Numbered from the whole stretch's first letter, positions 1 through 12,122 are shown. The stretch: DNA of 63,648 nt, filler included, from Chthonomonadaceae bacterium (GCA_035650735.1; 4 parts of 4 records of this genome joined end to end with filler, not necessarily neighbours in it), one strand, 5' to 3'. Program-made: numbers and translations. The notes: generated by a model not told the origin, from the letters alone.

Positions 1-152
1 TGTTATGCCCTTTTTTGCCTGCTTCGAGAGAGGACTTGGAGGCTGATGACCGCTTGGTGCTCGCTAAAAAGCGAGCACCAAGCCTCTAATGAGCGGCTGG
101 CCTATCTCCTCAAGAGGACCCAAGTGCATCCCACGCTCTAGCGGGCGCTATC

Positions 153-192
153 AAGGAGGCGGCTGTAAATAAAACGCCGCCTCCTTCGTTTT
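153..192 (+). terminator. Rho-independent terminator-like hairpin
   Basis: AAGGAGGCGGC...GCCGCCTCCTT followed by CGTTTT. Confidence 0.5.
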
Positions 193-414
193 AAGGAAGG
201 CAGGGGCCTTCCATTCTGCCTTATCTCCCCTCATCCCCGACCCTTCTCCCTCCAAGGGAGAAGGGAGAGGAGAAGCCCTCATCCCAGCCCTGCTCCCTAC
301 CAGGGAAAAGTGAACCGAATAGCCCTGTTTAAGGAAGACCTGCGGCAGGGATTCCCGGTGCGGAAGGCGAATTAAGAAGCACCCAATTCACCCTTATTTT
401 GGAGAAAACCAGCC

Positions 415-1239
415 ATGTCCCAGAGCTTAGACACCCTGCCCGCACTTTCCGGTGATTACCCTCTCGCCGAGGAACAGATCGCCCAGTTCCAGCGCGACGG
501 GCATATCCTGCTGCGGGGCATCTGCTCGCCCGAAGAGATCGCCGCTTACCGTCCTGTCCTGACCGGCACGGTGATGCGGCACAATAAAGAGACCCGTCCG
601 CTCGAAGAGCGCGATACCTACGGCAAAGCCTTCCTCCAGATTGGCTACCTGAGCGAGAAGGATGAGGCCGCGCGCCGCTTCGTCTTTGCCCGCCGGTTCG
701 CCAAGATCGCGGCAGAGCTAATGGGCGTGGAGGGAGTGCGCCTCTACCACGACCAGGCGCTCTATAAGGAGGCGCACGGTGGGCACACCCCCTGGCACCA
801 GGACCAGTACTACTGGCCGCTAGATACCAATAACACGGTCACCATGTGGATGCCGCTCGTGGATGTCTCGCCGGAAATGGGGCCGATCACGTTTGCCAGC
901 GGCTCGCACAAGGAAGGCTTCCTGGGCCACATCGCCATTTCCGACGAGTCCGAGGAGCATTATGCGCAGTTGGTCCGGGAGCGCGGCTATCCGATAGTCA
1001 ACCATGCCATGCGGGCCGGGGATGCCACCTTTCATCTCGGCTGGACGCTCCACTCCGCCCCCGCCAACGCCACCGACCGCACCCGCGAGGTCATGACCAT
1101 TATCTACTTCGAGGACGGCGTCTCTACAATCGTGCCGGACAATCCCGCCCGCTGGGTGGACTTCAACGCCTTCTTCCCCGGCGTCACGCCCGGCGCCCTA
1201 GCCGCCAGCGAGGTGACCCCGGTGCTCTATCATGGATAG
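415..1239 (+). CDS. Phytanoyl-CoA dioxygenase (PhyH) family Fe(II)/2-oxoglutarate dioxygenase
   Basis: TPWHQD (HxD) motif, GDATFH, LHSAPAN distal His, conserved Arg. Confidence 0.9.
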   Translation: MSQSLDTLPALSGDYPLAEEQIAQFQRDGHILLRGICSPEEIAAYRPVLTGTVMRHNKETRPLEERDTYGKAFLQIGYLSEKDEAARRFVFARRFAKIAAELMGVEGVRLYHDQALYKEAHGGHTPWHQDQYYWPLDTNNTVTMWMPLVDVSPEMGPITFASGSHKEGFLGHIAISDESEEHYAQLVRERGYPIVNHAMRAGDATFHLGWTLHSAPANATDRTREVMTIIYFEDGVSTIVPDNPARWVDFNAFFPGVTPGALAASEVTPVLYHG

Positions 1240-1322
1240 ATCGCCAGCTTGTCCTTCCGACCGGGCGTATTTCTCCTGCGGCCGAGTCTGGGGCGCTCGA
1301 TCCCAACCAAGTAAACCGCCCG

Positions 1323-2738
1323 CTATTTTGCCAGTTCGTACAGGGCGTGGGCGTAGATTTTGGCAGCGTTGAAGAGCGTGGAGAGGGCGAAGTGCTCGTC
1401 GGGCTCGTGGGCCGGGCCGTCGTGCCCGCCGGGAAAGCTGGCGCCGTAGGCGACGGCGTGGGGCGTGGCACGCGCATAAGTGCCCCCGCCCATCGTGCCG
1501 GGCTGACTCTGCTCATCGCCCGTCTCCTCCCGGTAGACGCGCAGCAGCGTGGCGACCGGCTCCTGATCGAGCGGAACGTAGAGCGGCGGCTGATCGTGGT
1601 ACTCTGCCAGCGCCCAGCCGTGCTTTTCGCGCACCGGGCGATTGGCCTCCAGCAGCGCCTCGACGTTCCACGTCACCGGATAGCGGATATTATACACCAG
1701 GCGTACGCGGCCATTGTTGGTATACTCCAGAATGCCCAGGTTGTTGGTTAGCGGCCCGGCTACCTCGTCGGTGTGGGCAATCCCAAGCGCCGCGCCGGTC
1801 GGGTCCACCGTCTCGATGACGAAGCTCAGCCAGACGTCCTTCTCCGGCAGGTCGAGCGTGGCGAGGGCGTGGGCCAGGCGCGCGACGGCGTTATCGCCCC
1901 CGGTCGGTCGGCTGCCATGCGACGATTTCCCCAGCGCCTGCACGCGAAGCCCCTCCTGCGTGGCCGTGACCATCACATTCTTATCCCAGTACTTTTGCAG
2001 CGTCGCCATCGCCGTATAGAGCGCCTCCGGGGTGCCCACCAGCAGCGCCTCCGCCGAGTCGGGCACCATATTGGCCCGCAGTCCGCCGCTGGCGCGCGCA
2101 ATGCGCAGCGGGAAATCGCCCTGCGGCAACTCCTTCTCCAGTATCAGGTTGGCGATTCCCTTCTCCGCATAGATGAGAGGGAAGCTGGAGTCAGGCGTGA
2201 AGGCGGCGACGGGGCGCTCCTCGCCCGCCACCTCCCAATAGTGCTTGACACAGCCGAAGCCACTCTCCTCGTTGCACCCGAAGATAATGCGCACGCGCCG
2301 CCGCAGGGGCAGGCCGGAATCCATCAGCGCTTTCGCGCCGAACAGGGCCGCATAGGTCGGGCCTTTGTCATCGGCGGAGCCGCGCGCGTAGAGCGCGCCG
2401 TCGGCGAGCGTGGCGCCGTAGGGCGGATACGTCCAGCCATCGCCCTCGGGCACCACATCCAGATGTCCTAGCGCGGCGACCATCTCCTCGCCCTGGCCAA
2501 ACTCGGCGTGGCCCGCGTAGCCTTCCACGTCTTTCGTGCGAAAACCCAGGCGTTCGCACAGGGCCAGCGTATAGTCCAGCGCCTCGCGCACCGGCTTGCC
2601 GAAGGGCGCATTGGGCTCGGGCGGCCCCTGCAGGCTGGGAATCCGCAATACACCCTGCAGCGCGCTGACAATCTCATCCTGATGGCTATCAATCCAGGCG
2701 TGCAGCTTCTGAATGTTGGGATCGGTCGGAGGTATCAT
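1323..2738 (-). CDS. pepV: M20 family dipeptidase (PepV/Sapep-like)
   Basis: GHLDVVP, ARGSADDKGP, NEESG, GGGTYAR, AHEPDE motifs; start taken at MIPPTD. Confidence 0.85.
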   Translation of the reverse strand: MIPPTDPNIQKLHAWIDSHQDEIVSALQGVLRIPSLQGPPEPNAPFGKPVREALDYTLALCERLGFRTKDVEGYAGHAEFGQGEEMVAALGHLDVVPEGDGWTYPPYGATLADGALYARGSADDKGPTYAALFGAKALMDSGLPLRRRVRIIFGCNEESGFGCVKHYWEVAGEERPVAAFTPDSSFPLIYAEKGIANLILEKELPQGDFPLRIARASGGLRANMVPDSAEALLVGTPEALYTAMATLQKYWDKNVMVTATQEGLRVQALGKSSHGSRPTGGDNAVARLAHALATLDLPEKDVWLSFVIETVDPTGAALGIAHTDEVAGPLTNNLGILEYTNNGRVRLVYNIRYPVTWNVEALLEANRPVREKHGWALAEYHDQPPLYVPLDQEPVATLLRVYREETGDEQSQPGTMGGGTYARATPHAVAYGASFPGGHDGPAHEPDEHFALSTLFNAAKIYAHALYELAK

Positions 2739-2909
2739 TGCAGGCTCTCGGCTCCCTTCTAAGATATTCCCGTCCTTAGGAAAGGTCGGGCGGGGCATTC
2801 TATGCTATTGCTTGGCGCCGGTGTGCTTTAGCATTTGTATAATCTGTTTACGCGCACGAAAAAGCAGCCGTTTATCTCACGCGCTCCTCTGCACGGGGGA
2901 GGGACGCAC

Positions 2910-3299
2910 TTATCGGATAAAACGGATGGGAACGATGCCAAGAGGCACCAGCGGGTCAAATTCATGGTGGTCAGAGGTAACGACCTCTCCCCCTAACTGC
3001 TGAGCTGGAGCCATACAGAAGCAATCGGCTAAGGAGATGCCGCCTCTGGCTTTTAGCTGCCCGACACGACGGAAGAACGGTTGGTTCAAGTCCCGTCGCT
3101 CTATGACGTTGGCGGCAGCTAAATCCACAAGCGTCTGGCGTGCGATGAGTTCACTGTACCGGCGAATAAAATCGTAGTAGACTTGCAGCAGATTGATGGT
3201 GTGCGCGTAGCAGGTCTCATTGGGGTCATCGGGCAGAGCTTGTACGACCGGACCGCCTGGCTCCCCGCGCAAATAGGCGATCATCGCACACGCATCTAA
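2910..3299 (-). pseudogene. PIN-domain (VapC-like) toxin with a disrupted start
   Basis: LDACAMIAYL...ISLADCF...VVTSDHHEFD; the catalytic LD codons lie upstream of the first in-frame ATG and directly after an in-frame TGA (3300-3302). Confidence 0.7.
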
Positions 3300-3559
3300 T
3301 CATGAGCGCGGCCTATCCTCACGCGCAATCTCTTCCTGCTTCTCTCGCGCAAACTCCTCCGAGCCACCGGGAACAAAGGCATACTTTCCCAGAGCAGAGA
3401 TCCCCTTCTTCCTGCTCTGTACTTCGGTTGCCTCCTGCCCCGTCTCCTCTTGCTGCTCTTCCGGCATGACTACGGCTCTAAGCCGGCCAGGGAGATGACT
3501 GCGGCGTAGTGCTCGGCGATCTCCTGGGCGGTGCCAACGTATTCTTGTGGTTGTACCAT
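3300..3559 (-). pseudogene. Putative antitoxin, apparently frameshifted
   Basis: MVQPQEYVGTAQEIAEHYA (from 3559) continues in another frame as SHLPGRLRAVVMPEEQ...GKYAFVPGGSEEFAREKQEEIAREDRPRS*; abuts the PIN gene. Confidence 0.5.
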
Positions 3560-3707
3560 CTTCTTCTCCCCCTCTGGCTGCATCGTCTCCTAATTATAAC
3601 AAAACCAGCCCGGGAACGCAAAGGGGTGCCCCGAAAGCGGGTACAACCGAATTCCAGGCTGCCGCTTGTATCCGCAGATAGAGCCATTCCGTTTTGGTTC
3701 AGGCGGT

Positions 3708-4030
3708 TTAGAACCGGAACTTTCGATAGACCTGAAAGAGAAAATCCCCGCTGCGCCCGGCGTACGGCGTCCAGCTGGGCTTGTAGGACGACGAGCCGTT
3801 GTTGCGCCGCCAGTGAAGGGAGAAAATCCAATGGGCATCTGCCGTATAGCGCACCCCCAGCGTTACCTGTTTGCCGACCGGATCGTCCTTGCCGGGCGTC
3901 AATGCCTCCAGGCGCGCCACCAGCGTGAACTTTTCATACTTGGGCAGGTGGTAGTAGATATCCAGATACCAGCCGTACATCGCGCCTGCCTTTGTGAACA
4001 TGATGCGCGCCAGCAGCGCGCGAGCGCAAG
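3708..4030 (-). pseudogene. C-terminal fragment of an outer-membrane beta-barrel/porin-like protein
   Basis: Amphipathic strands (YGWYLDIYY, QVTLGVRY, FLFQVYRKFRF with terminal Phe); no signal peptide or N-terminus; 5' limit approximate. Confidence 0.4.
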
Positions 4031-4080
4031 CCGCCTGATGATTTTTGCGGATCTCATTCGGTACTGCCTGGCTTACCCAG

Positions 4081-4160
4081 CAGGCTAAACCCTGCCGCTG
4101 TAGGGCGCAAAGCGCCCGTCGCTCACCTACGTGGGCGAAACTCTCTGCCTGCCTACGCGG
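4081..4160 (+). repeat. REP-like palindromic repeat family B
   Basis: CAGGCTAAACCCTGCCGCT...CACCTACGTGGGCG; related copies at 23284, 23440, 29527, 54881. Confidence 0.75.
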
Positions 4161-4305
4161 GCAAGTATCGAGCTTCCTCTCCAACCACGGTTTGATCGAG
4201 CGCTATTCCCGGTAGGAAATCGCGAGGCAGAAGGGGAATATATCCAGCGACGCTTCTGCCTGCAGGTCACACAGGCGGGCATATCTCTTTATGGGGGAGG
4301 CAATC

Positions 4306-5613
4306 ATGCCTGGACAAAGCAGCCGCCGTGAGTTTCTGAAGACGGCAGCCCTTACCGGATTGGGCCTTTGGGTGGCCGATAGATCCTGGGCGCAGAAGGG
4401 CAAATCGCCCAACGAACAGATCAGCTTCGCCTGCATCGGCGTAGATGGCAAGGGAGCAAGCGATACCGCCGACGCCGCGCGGCTTGGCAACGTCGTTGCC
4501 CTCTGCGACGTAGACGAGGACAAGCTCAACAAGGCGGCGCAGCAGTATCCCAAGGCCCGCACGTTCACCGACTACCGTAAGATGTTCGACGAGATGGGCA
4601 AGAGCATTGATGCGGTCACCGTCAGCACCCCCGACCACCATCATGCCCTGGCAGCGGCGGCGGCGATGCACCTGGGCAAGCACTGCTTCTGCCAGAAGCC
4701 GCTGACTCATACGATCTACGAAGCGCGCCGTCTGGGTGAGCTCGCCCGCCAGAAGAAGGTCGCCACGCAGATGGGCAACCAGGGCACCGCCGATTCGAGC
4801 CTACGCCAGATGGCGGCGAAGCTGCGGGCCGGCGTGCTCGGCACCGTCACCGAGATCCATATCTGGACCGACCGCCCGATCTGGCCGCAGGGCATCGCGC
4901 GCCCTGAGCCGACGGACCCGCCCTCCAACCTCCACTGGGATCTGTGGCTCGGCCCGGCTCCCGAACGCCCCTATGCCAAAGACGTCTACCATCCCTTTGC
5001 CTGGCGCGGCTGGTGGGATTTCGGCACCGGCGCGCTCGGCGACATGGCCTGCCATACGATGAACATGCCCTTCATGGGGCTGGATCTGCGCAACCCGATT
5101 GCGGTGCAGGCCGAAACCTCCAGCCAGAACCGGGACAGCTACCCGCAGTGGTCCATCATCAAGTACGAGTTCGCAGCCCTGCCGCACCGCCCGGCGCTCA
5201 CCCTGACCTGGTACGACGGCGGCAAGCGCCCGTCGAAGGACCTGCTGGACGGGCAGGAGCCTCCCATCAGCGGCTCGCTCGTTATCGGGGACAAAGGCAA
5301 GCTCTATACGCCCGGCGATTACGGCGGAGGCGGCAAGATCACCGGCGGCGTGGATGTCGGCGAGGTAAAGTACCCGGAATCGCCCGGCCACTTTGAGGAG
5401 TTTGTGCGGGCCATCAAAGAGGGCATTCCTGCCATGTCCAACTTCCCGGACTATGCCGGCCCGCTGACGGAGATGGTGCTGCTGGGCAACCTAGCGGTCT
5501 GGGTGCCGGGCCAGAGGATCGAGTGGGACGCCCGCCATATGCACTCCAAGAACGTTCCGGAGGTCAACGAGCGTGTCCGGCCTAGCTACCGCGCCGGGTA
5601 TTCGCTCGGATGA
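4306..5613 (+). CDS. Tat-exported Gfo/Idh/MocA oxidoreductase
   Basis: SRREFLK Tat motif, VSTPDHHH, FCQKPL, WDLWLGPAP, GDMACH. Confidence 0.9.
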   Translation: MPGQSSRREFLKTAALTGLGLWVADRSWAQKGKSPNEQISFACIGVDGKGASDTADAARLGNVVALCDVDEDKLNKAAQQYPKARTFTDYRKMFDEMGKSIDAVTVSTPDHHHALAAAAAMHLGKHCFCQKPLTHTIYEARRLGELARQKKVATQMGNQGTADSSLRQMAAKLRAGVLGTVTEIHIWTDRPIWPQGIARPEPTDPPSNLHWDLWLGPAPERPYAKDVYHPFAWRGWWDFGTGALGDMACHTMNMPFMGLDLRNPIAVQAETSSQNRDSYPQWSIIKYEFAALPHRPALTLTWYDGGKRPSKDLLDGQEPPISGSLVIGDKGKLYTPGDYGGGGKITGGVDVGEVKYPESPGHFEEFVRAIKEGIPAMSNFPDYAGPLTEMVLLGNLAVWVPGQRIEWDARHMHSKNVPEVNERVRPSYRAGYSLG

Positions 5614-5629
5614 AACCCAGAAAGAATCC

Positions 5630-6031
5630 ATGCTACTTGAAAAGACACAACAGCTCACTTTGAGGGCGGCGTTAGACCGCATCATCCCGCCGGACGATTA
5701 TCCGGGCGCGTGGGAGGCGGGTGTCGGCGACTACCTGGCGCGGCAGTGGGAGGGCGACCTGCGGCACACGCTGCCTCTCTACCGCGCCGGGCTGGACGCC
5801 CTCCATGCGGAAGCCCTCGCGCAGTTCGGGGTCGGTTTTGCCGCGCTGGACGCGGGCAAGCAGGACGCAATTCTCCGGAACGTTGAGTCCGGCGACGTGC
5901 GCGCGAACTGGCCGGTGGCGCCGCAGGAGTTCTTCTCCCTGCTAGTCAGCCACGCGGCGGAAGGCTACTACAGCGACCCCGGCAACGGCGGAAACCGCAA
6001 CGCCGTCTCCTGGGATATGGTCGGCTTCTAA
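5630..6031 (+). CDS. Gluconate 2-dehydrogenase subunit 3 family protein
   Basis: DRIIPPDDYPGA and EGYYSDPGNGGN..SWDMVGF motifs; upstream of a GMC oxidoreductase. Confidence 0.85.
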   Translation: MLLEKTQQLTLRAALDRIIPPDDYPGAWEAGVGDYLARQWEGDLRHTLPLYRAGLDALHAEALAQFGVGFAALDAGKQDAILRNVESGDVRANWPVAPQEFFSLLVSHAAEGYYSDPGNGGNRNAVSWDMVGF

Positions 6032-6225
6032 GTTATTCCACTCCTCTTACGTAGGCAACTCCTGGTGCGATAGCGGTTTCGTCCGCCAGGACGGTTGGCC
6101 GCAGGCCCAATAGACGGGTACTTTCCGTGCCCGGCGCCTTAGCGCGGAGTGCAACGCGGTTGCGGGGGCATGCGTGGCCCGGTCAAGCCCGTTTGCGTAA
6201 GGGAGTTCCTCATAGAAACAGAGTT

Positions 6226-7866
6226 ATGAAGAGTTACGATGTAATTGTGGTAGGCACGGGCGCGGCGGGTGGCATCGTCGCGGGCGTGCTCGCTGAGGCG
6301 GGAAAGCATGTCCTGCTCTTGGAGCGGGGCCGCAACCTTTCTTTTGAAGAGGTCGGGCGTGACCACCTGCGCAACCAGCGCCTTTCCCTCTACGGCCACA
6401 ATGCCGGACCGGACATCGAGGGCAATCCGCGCGTCTGGGTCGATCCGCTAGGCAACGCGCACCACGTTCGCCCGCATGAGGGCGGGTATCACAACAACGC
6501 CGCGACCGTCGGCGGCGGTACGCGGGTCTATGGAGCGCAGGCGTGGCGGTTCATGGCCCAGGACTTCCGCATGGCCTCCCTCTACGGCGTGCCGGAAGGC
6601 AGCTCGCTGGCCGACTGGCCCCTTACCTACGACGACCTGGAGCCCTATTACGAGCGGGCCGAGTGGGAGATCGGCGTCGCTGGCTCGGACGAAGGCCATC
6701 GCTTTCAGGCGCCCCGCCGCAAAGGCTATCCCATGCCGCCCGTTCCCCTCACCCGCTCCGGCGCCATTCTGGAGCGCGCGGCGCGCGCCCTCGGCTGGAA
6801 TACCGCCCCGGTTCCGCTCGCCATCAACACCGTGCCCTATGGTGGGCGGGAAGCCTGCATCCAGTGCAAGTACTGCGTTGGGTTCGCCTGTCCCACCGAC
6901 GCCAAGAACGGCTCCCAGAATACCCTGATCCCGCGCGCCCTCGCAACCGGGAACTGTGAGCTGGTCACCGAGGCGATGGCGGAGCGGATCGAGACCAACG
7001 CACAGGGCGACGTCGTGGGCGTCTCCTACCTTATCGAGCGGAACGGCCAGGCGCAGCGCGTGACGGCGCAGGCGAAGGTGGTGGTGGTTTCGGCGGGGGC
7101 CATCGAGTCGGCGCGTCTGCTGCTCAATTCGGCCAGTTCCCACCATCCGCGCGGCCTGGGCAATGCCTTCGATCAGGTCGGACGCAACCTGCAAGGCCAC
7201 TACTATCCGGGCGCCTTCGCCCTGATGGAGGAGACGACTCAGGACGGCATCGGCCCCGGCCCCTCCATCGCCACCTGCCAGTTCAATCACGGCAATCCCG
7301 GCGTCCTCGGCGGCGGGATGTTGGCCAACGACTTTATCAAGCTGCCCATAATCTTCTGGCGCACCACCCTTCCGCCCGATCTGCCGCGCTGGGGCGCGGA
7401 GAACAAGGAGTTCATGCGCCGTTACTACACGCGGTACCTGCAGGTCATGGGGCCGGTACAGGAGATTCCCAACCCGCAGGCCCGTGTCACCGTAGATCCG
7501 AGTGTGCGCGACCGCTGGGGCCTGCCGGTGGCCTGCCTTTCCGGCACGACACACCCGGAGACCGTGCGCACGGCGCAGTTCATGCGGGAGCGCGCCGAGG
7601 AGTGGCTGCGGGCTTGCGGGGCGGGGCGCATCTGGAGCTATCCGCCCAGCCTCGGCCTGAGCGCAGGCCAGCATCAGGCGGGAACCTGCCGCATGGGCGA
7701 CGACCCGCGCGCCTCCGTCACCGATAAATGGGGCCGCGTCCACGCTCACGATAACCTCTACGTAGTGGACGCTTCCCTCCATGTCACTAACGGCGGCTTC
7801 AATCCTGTCCTGACGATCATGGCGTTGGCCTTCCGCTCCGCCGAGCATATCGCAGCGACGGTGTAG
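6226..7866 (+). CDS. GMC family FAD oxidoreductase
   Basis: GTGAAGG FAD motif, VGGGT, CxxCxxC, HQAGTCRMG, NPVLTIMALA. Confidence 0.92.
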   Translation: MKSYDVIVVGTGAAGGIVAGVLAEAGKHVLLLERGRNLSFEEVGRDHLRNQRLSLYGHNAGPDIEGNPRVWVDPLGNAHHVRPHEGGYHNNAATVGGGTRVYGAQAWRFMAQDFRMASLYGVPEGSSLADWPLTYDDLEPYYERAEWEIGVAGSDEGHRFQAPRRKGYPMPPVPLTRSGAILERAARALGWNTAPVPLAINTVPYGGREACIQCKYCVGFACPTDAKNGSQNTLIPRALATGNCELVTEAMAERIETNAQGDVVGVSYLIERNGQAQRVTAQAKVVVVSAGAIESARLLLNSASSHHPRGLGNAFDQVGRNLQGHYYPGAFALMEETTQDGIGPGPSIATCQFNHGNPGVLGGGMLANDFIKLPIIFWRTTLPPDLPRWGAENKEFMRRYYTRYLQVMGPVQEIPNPQARVTVDPSVRDRWGLPVACLSGTTHPETVRTAQFMRERAEEWLRACGAGRIWSYPPSLGLSAGQHQAGTCRMGDDPRASVTDKWGRVHAHDNLYVVDASLHVTNGGFNPVLTIMALAFRSAEHIAATV

Positions 7867-7892
7867 GCCATATTGGCCGTTATGAGGTAGAT

Positions 7893-8702
7893 ATGGGACA
7901 GCCCATCCTTCAAGTGGACGCCTTCACCGACAGGCCGTTTGCAGGCAACCCGGCGGCGGTCTGCGTCTTGCCGGAGCTGCGTGACGCCGCCTGGATGCAG
8001 CGGGTCGCCGCCGAGATGAACCTGGCCGAGACCGCGTTTCTGGCGCGGCAAGAGGACGGCTTTCAGTTGCGCTGGTTCACCCCGACCGTTGAGGTAGACC
8101 TGTGCGGCCATGCGACGCTGGCGAGCGCGCACGTTCTGTGGGAAACCGGCCTCCTCGCCCCGGACGAGACGGCGCGCTTTCATACGCGCAGCGGCCTCCT
8201 GACGTGTCGGCGCAGCGGCGACTGGATCGAGATGGACTTCCCCGCCGAGCCAGCCGCGCCGACTGCGCCGCTGCCCGCCCTGGAAAGAGCGCTGGGCGTC
8301 ACGCCAGGCTACGTCGGCAAAAACCGCTTCGACTTTCTGGTCGAGGTTAGCTCCGAACCCATCCTGCGCGCCCTGAAGCCCGACTTCCTGCTGTTGAGCA
8401 GCATTCCTATGCGCGGCGTAATCGTCACCAGCCGCGCCGACGACCCGCAGTTCGATTTTGTTTCCCGCTTCTTTGCGCCGGGGGCTGGCGTCAATGAGGA
8501 CCCGGTTACGGGTTCAGCCCACTGCTGCCTCGGTCCTTTCTGGCAAAAACGGCTGCACAAAGCGGAGTTCGTTGCCTATCAGGCATCGGCGCGCGGCGGG
8601 GTGGTGCAGGTAGGTGTGAACGGAGATCGCGTGGTTCTGAGCGGGCAGGCGGTCACGGTACTACGCGGAGAACTGCTGGCAAACGAATTCAAATCCGGCT
8701 GA
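7893..8702 (+). CDS. PhzF family isomerase/epimerase
   Basis: VDAFT..FAGNPA, EVDLCGHATLA, EDPVTGSAH. Confidence 0.92.
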   Translation: MGQPILQVDAFTDRPFAGNPAAVCVLPELRDAAWMQRVAAEMNLAETAFLARQEDGFQLRWFTPTVEVDLCGHATLASAHVLWETGLLAPDETARFHTRSGLLTCRRSGDWIEMDFPAEPAAPTAPLPALERALGVTPGYVGKNRFDFLVEVSSEPILRALKPDFLLLSSIPMRGVIVTSRADDPQFDFVSRFFAPGAGVNEDPVTGSAHCCLGPFWQKRLHKAEFVAYQASARGGVVQVGVNGDRVVLSGQAVTVLRGELLANEFKSG

Positions 8703-8879
8703 GGTAGGGCTGCATTTTTGCGACTAGAATGAAGGGAGAGCGGTGCGACCCATCACCGCTCTCCCTCATATCTTGGAAGCGCGAGGCTTCCATCCAGGTA
8801 AGCGCAAAAGCGTTTCCCAAAAGTTCCCCAACGTCACGTTGTTGGCAAAAATTTCGATTTCTTGCTGCGAATAAGCCTC

Positions 8880-8909
8880 TTGACAAGTCAAGCCGGATTG
8901 GAGTAATCT
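8880..8909 (+). promoter_or_regulatory. Sigma70-type promoter of groESL
   Basis: TTGACA (8880-8885), 18 bp, TAATCT (8904-8909), directly upstream of CIRCE. Confidence 0.7.
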
Positions 8910-8912
8910 ATT

Positions 8913-8939
8913 TTAGCGCTCTCGGCTGGAGAGTGCTAA
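8913..8939 (+). promoter_or_regulatory. CIRCE element (HrcA operator)
   Basis: TTAGCGCTC-N9-GAGTGCTAA, one mismatch to TTAGCACTC-N9-GAGTGCTAA, upstream of groES. Confidence 0.95.
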
Positions 8940-9042
8940 AACAGGAGCCTCAGGAACGCGCAGCCGTTGGGTTGATCCGAGCGCTGCCAGCGTAGGTGGG
9001 TGCCGATATCCAGAGTGATCAGTCACAACAGGAGGTAGCACA

Positions 9043-9333
9043 ATGGCATTGCGACCGCTTGGGGATAAGGTCGTTATCAAGCCGAGCGAGGAAGAGGAGA
9101 AGACCGCAGGCGGTATCCTGCTTCCCGACACGGCCAAGAAGAAGCCGCAGGAAGGCAAAGTTGTCGCCGTCGGCAAGGGGCGCACGCTTGAGGATGGCAC
9201 GGTCAAGCCGCTGGCCGTCAAAGTCGGCGATACCGTCATCTACTCCAAATACGGCGGGACGGAAGTGACCCTGGAAGGCCAGGACTATGTTATCCTGGAC
9301 GAGGATCAGATCTTCGCTATTCGGGAAGGTTAA
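9043..9333 (+). CDS. groES: Co-chaperonin GroES
   Basis: [30 protein letters not shown]. Confidence 0.98.
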   Translation: MALRPLGDKVVIKPSEEEEKTAGGILLPDTAKKKPQEGKVVAVGKGRTLEDGTVKPLAVKVGDTVIYSKYGGTEVTLEGQDYVILDEDQIFAIREG

Positions 9334-9452
9334 ATAGAATTCAAGAGAAGGTTGAAGAAGGCTACTACCAGGACACCAAGGAACCCAGCCGTTTTCCGCT
9401 TTCCTGTTTTCTGAGGAGGCTGCGTGTCTTGGGGGCCTGGTGGTGATTTTAG

Positions 9453-11096
<1,644 letters not shown>

Positions 11097-11122
11097 TCCC
11101 CGGCAGTAGCCAAAGAACAGGC

Positions 11123-11161
11123 GAACCCCTCCTTACCCTCGGTGAGGAGGGGTTCTGTTTT
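11123..11161 (+). terminator. groESL terminator
   Basis: GAACCCCTCCT...AGGAGGGGTTC followed by TGTTTT. Confidence 0.8.
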
Positions 11162-11181
11162 AGAGCGGTGAAACAGAGAGC

Positions 11182-11392
11182 ATGGCATGCCGAGACCTCT
11201 TCCATGACGCTTGCGAGAACGCTCTGATCAAAGACGGCTGGACAATCACCCACGATCCCTATCTATTGCGGCGACGGAACCGCCTTCGGTATAGCCGATT
11301 TTCTGCTTGCCAACGGCGTTGGGCAGGAGGACATTGTTCTGGGCTTTCATCCTCCGGAATTGCGTGCGCGAACGCCTTTTGCGGCGGCTTAG
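11182..11392 (+). pseudogene. xisH'-'xisI internal-deletion remnant
   Basis: MACRDLFHDACENALIKDGWTITHDP (XisH N-terminus) joined out of frame to DGTAFGIADFLLANGVGQEDIVLGFHPPELR...* (XisI C-terminus; compare 41761-42102). Confidence 0.8.
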
Positions 11393-11521
11393 CCGCAAAG
11401 AGGGCGACCCTTCAAAGCAGGCTCCTTATAGAGCGCGCCCACGATCGCCTTCCCACTCCAAGCATTCACATAGACGGCCTCCCCTCCAAAACGCACGTCC
11501 CCCCGCCAACCGGACTGATAT

Positions 11522-11998
11522 TTAGTTGTTGCCGTTTTTCTGTTTCTCCATATTGGTGTCCTTTTCTGCGTTGCACTCTTTAGCGGGAAGCCTCTCCAGC
11601 AGATTGGTCAGCACTTGATTTAGCTTGTCCAGCACTTGGCTTAAGGTCGTCAGCGTGGTTGCCAGGTTATCGCATGGGACCGGGCGCGTTTCGCTATCGA
11701 CCTTGATGTCTATCTCGTCTCCCGTGAGCGTGATAGAGTCGGGAATGCGGCCCGCCAGGCTCGCGTGATGGGCGTCCCAGCCAACCTGGGTCGGCAGCTT
11801 CAGCCCTTTGGCAACGCCCTCAATCGTGGCCGGTTCCCGCTGGAGCGGCGCACCGTACCGCGTTTTGGGTCGGCCCCCCCTCCAGGCGCGACCATTGCGA
11901 CTGGCCCCATCCGGCGCGCAGCGGGTGACGGAGAACTCCTTTGCGTCAACGCCTCTGGCGGAGGCTTCCTGTTGCAGACGCAGGCGCGTTTTTCTCAC
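11522..11998 (-). CDS. Hypothetical protein with C-terminal coiled coil
   Basis: 158-aa ORF, co-oriented with neighbouring small ORFs; no recognised motif. Confidence 0.4.
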   Translation of the reverse strand: MRKTRLRLQQEASARGVDAKEFSVTRCAPDGASRNGRAWRGGRPKTRYGAPLQREPATIEGVAKGLKLPTQVGWDAHHASLAGRIPDSITLTGDEIDIKVDSETRPVPCDNLATTLTTLSQVLDKLNQVLTNLLERLPAKECNAEKDTNMEKQKNGNN

Positions 11999-12122
11999 CT
12001 ATTCGTGAAAGGGTAGCTTAAACTCGTTTGCAAAGCCGTGCGGTCGGTCGGATGATGCGGGCATAGCATAATTCAGCGACCCTATCATGGGTTCGCGCTC
12101 CTTTCTTAAAATGTAATCTTAA

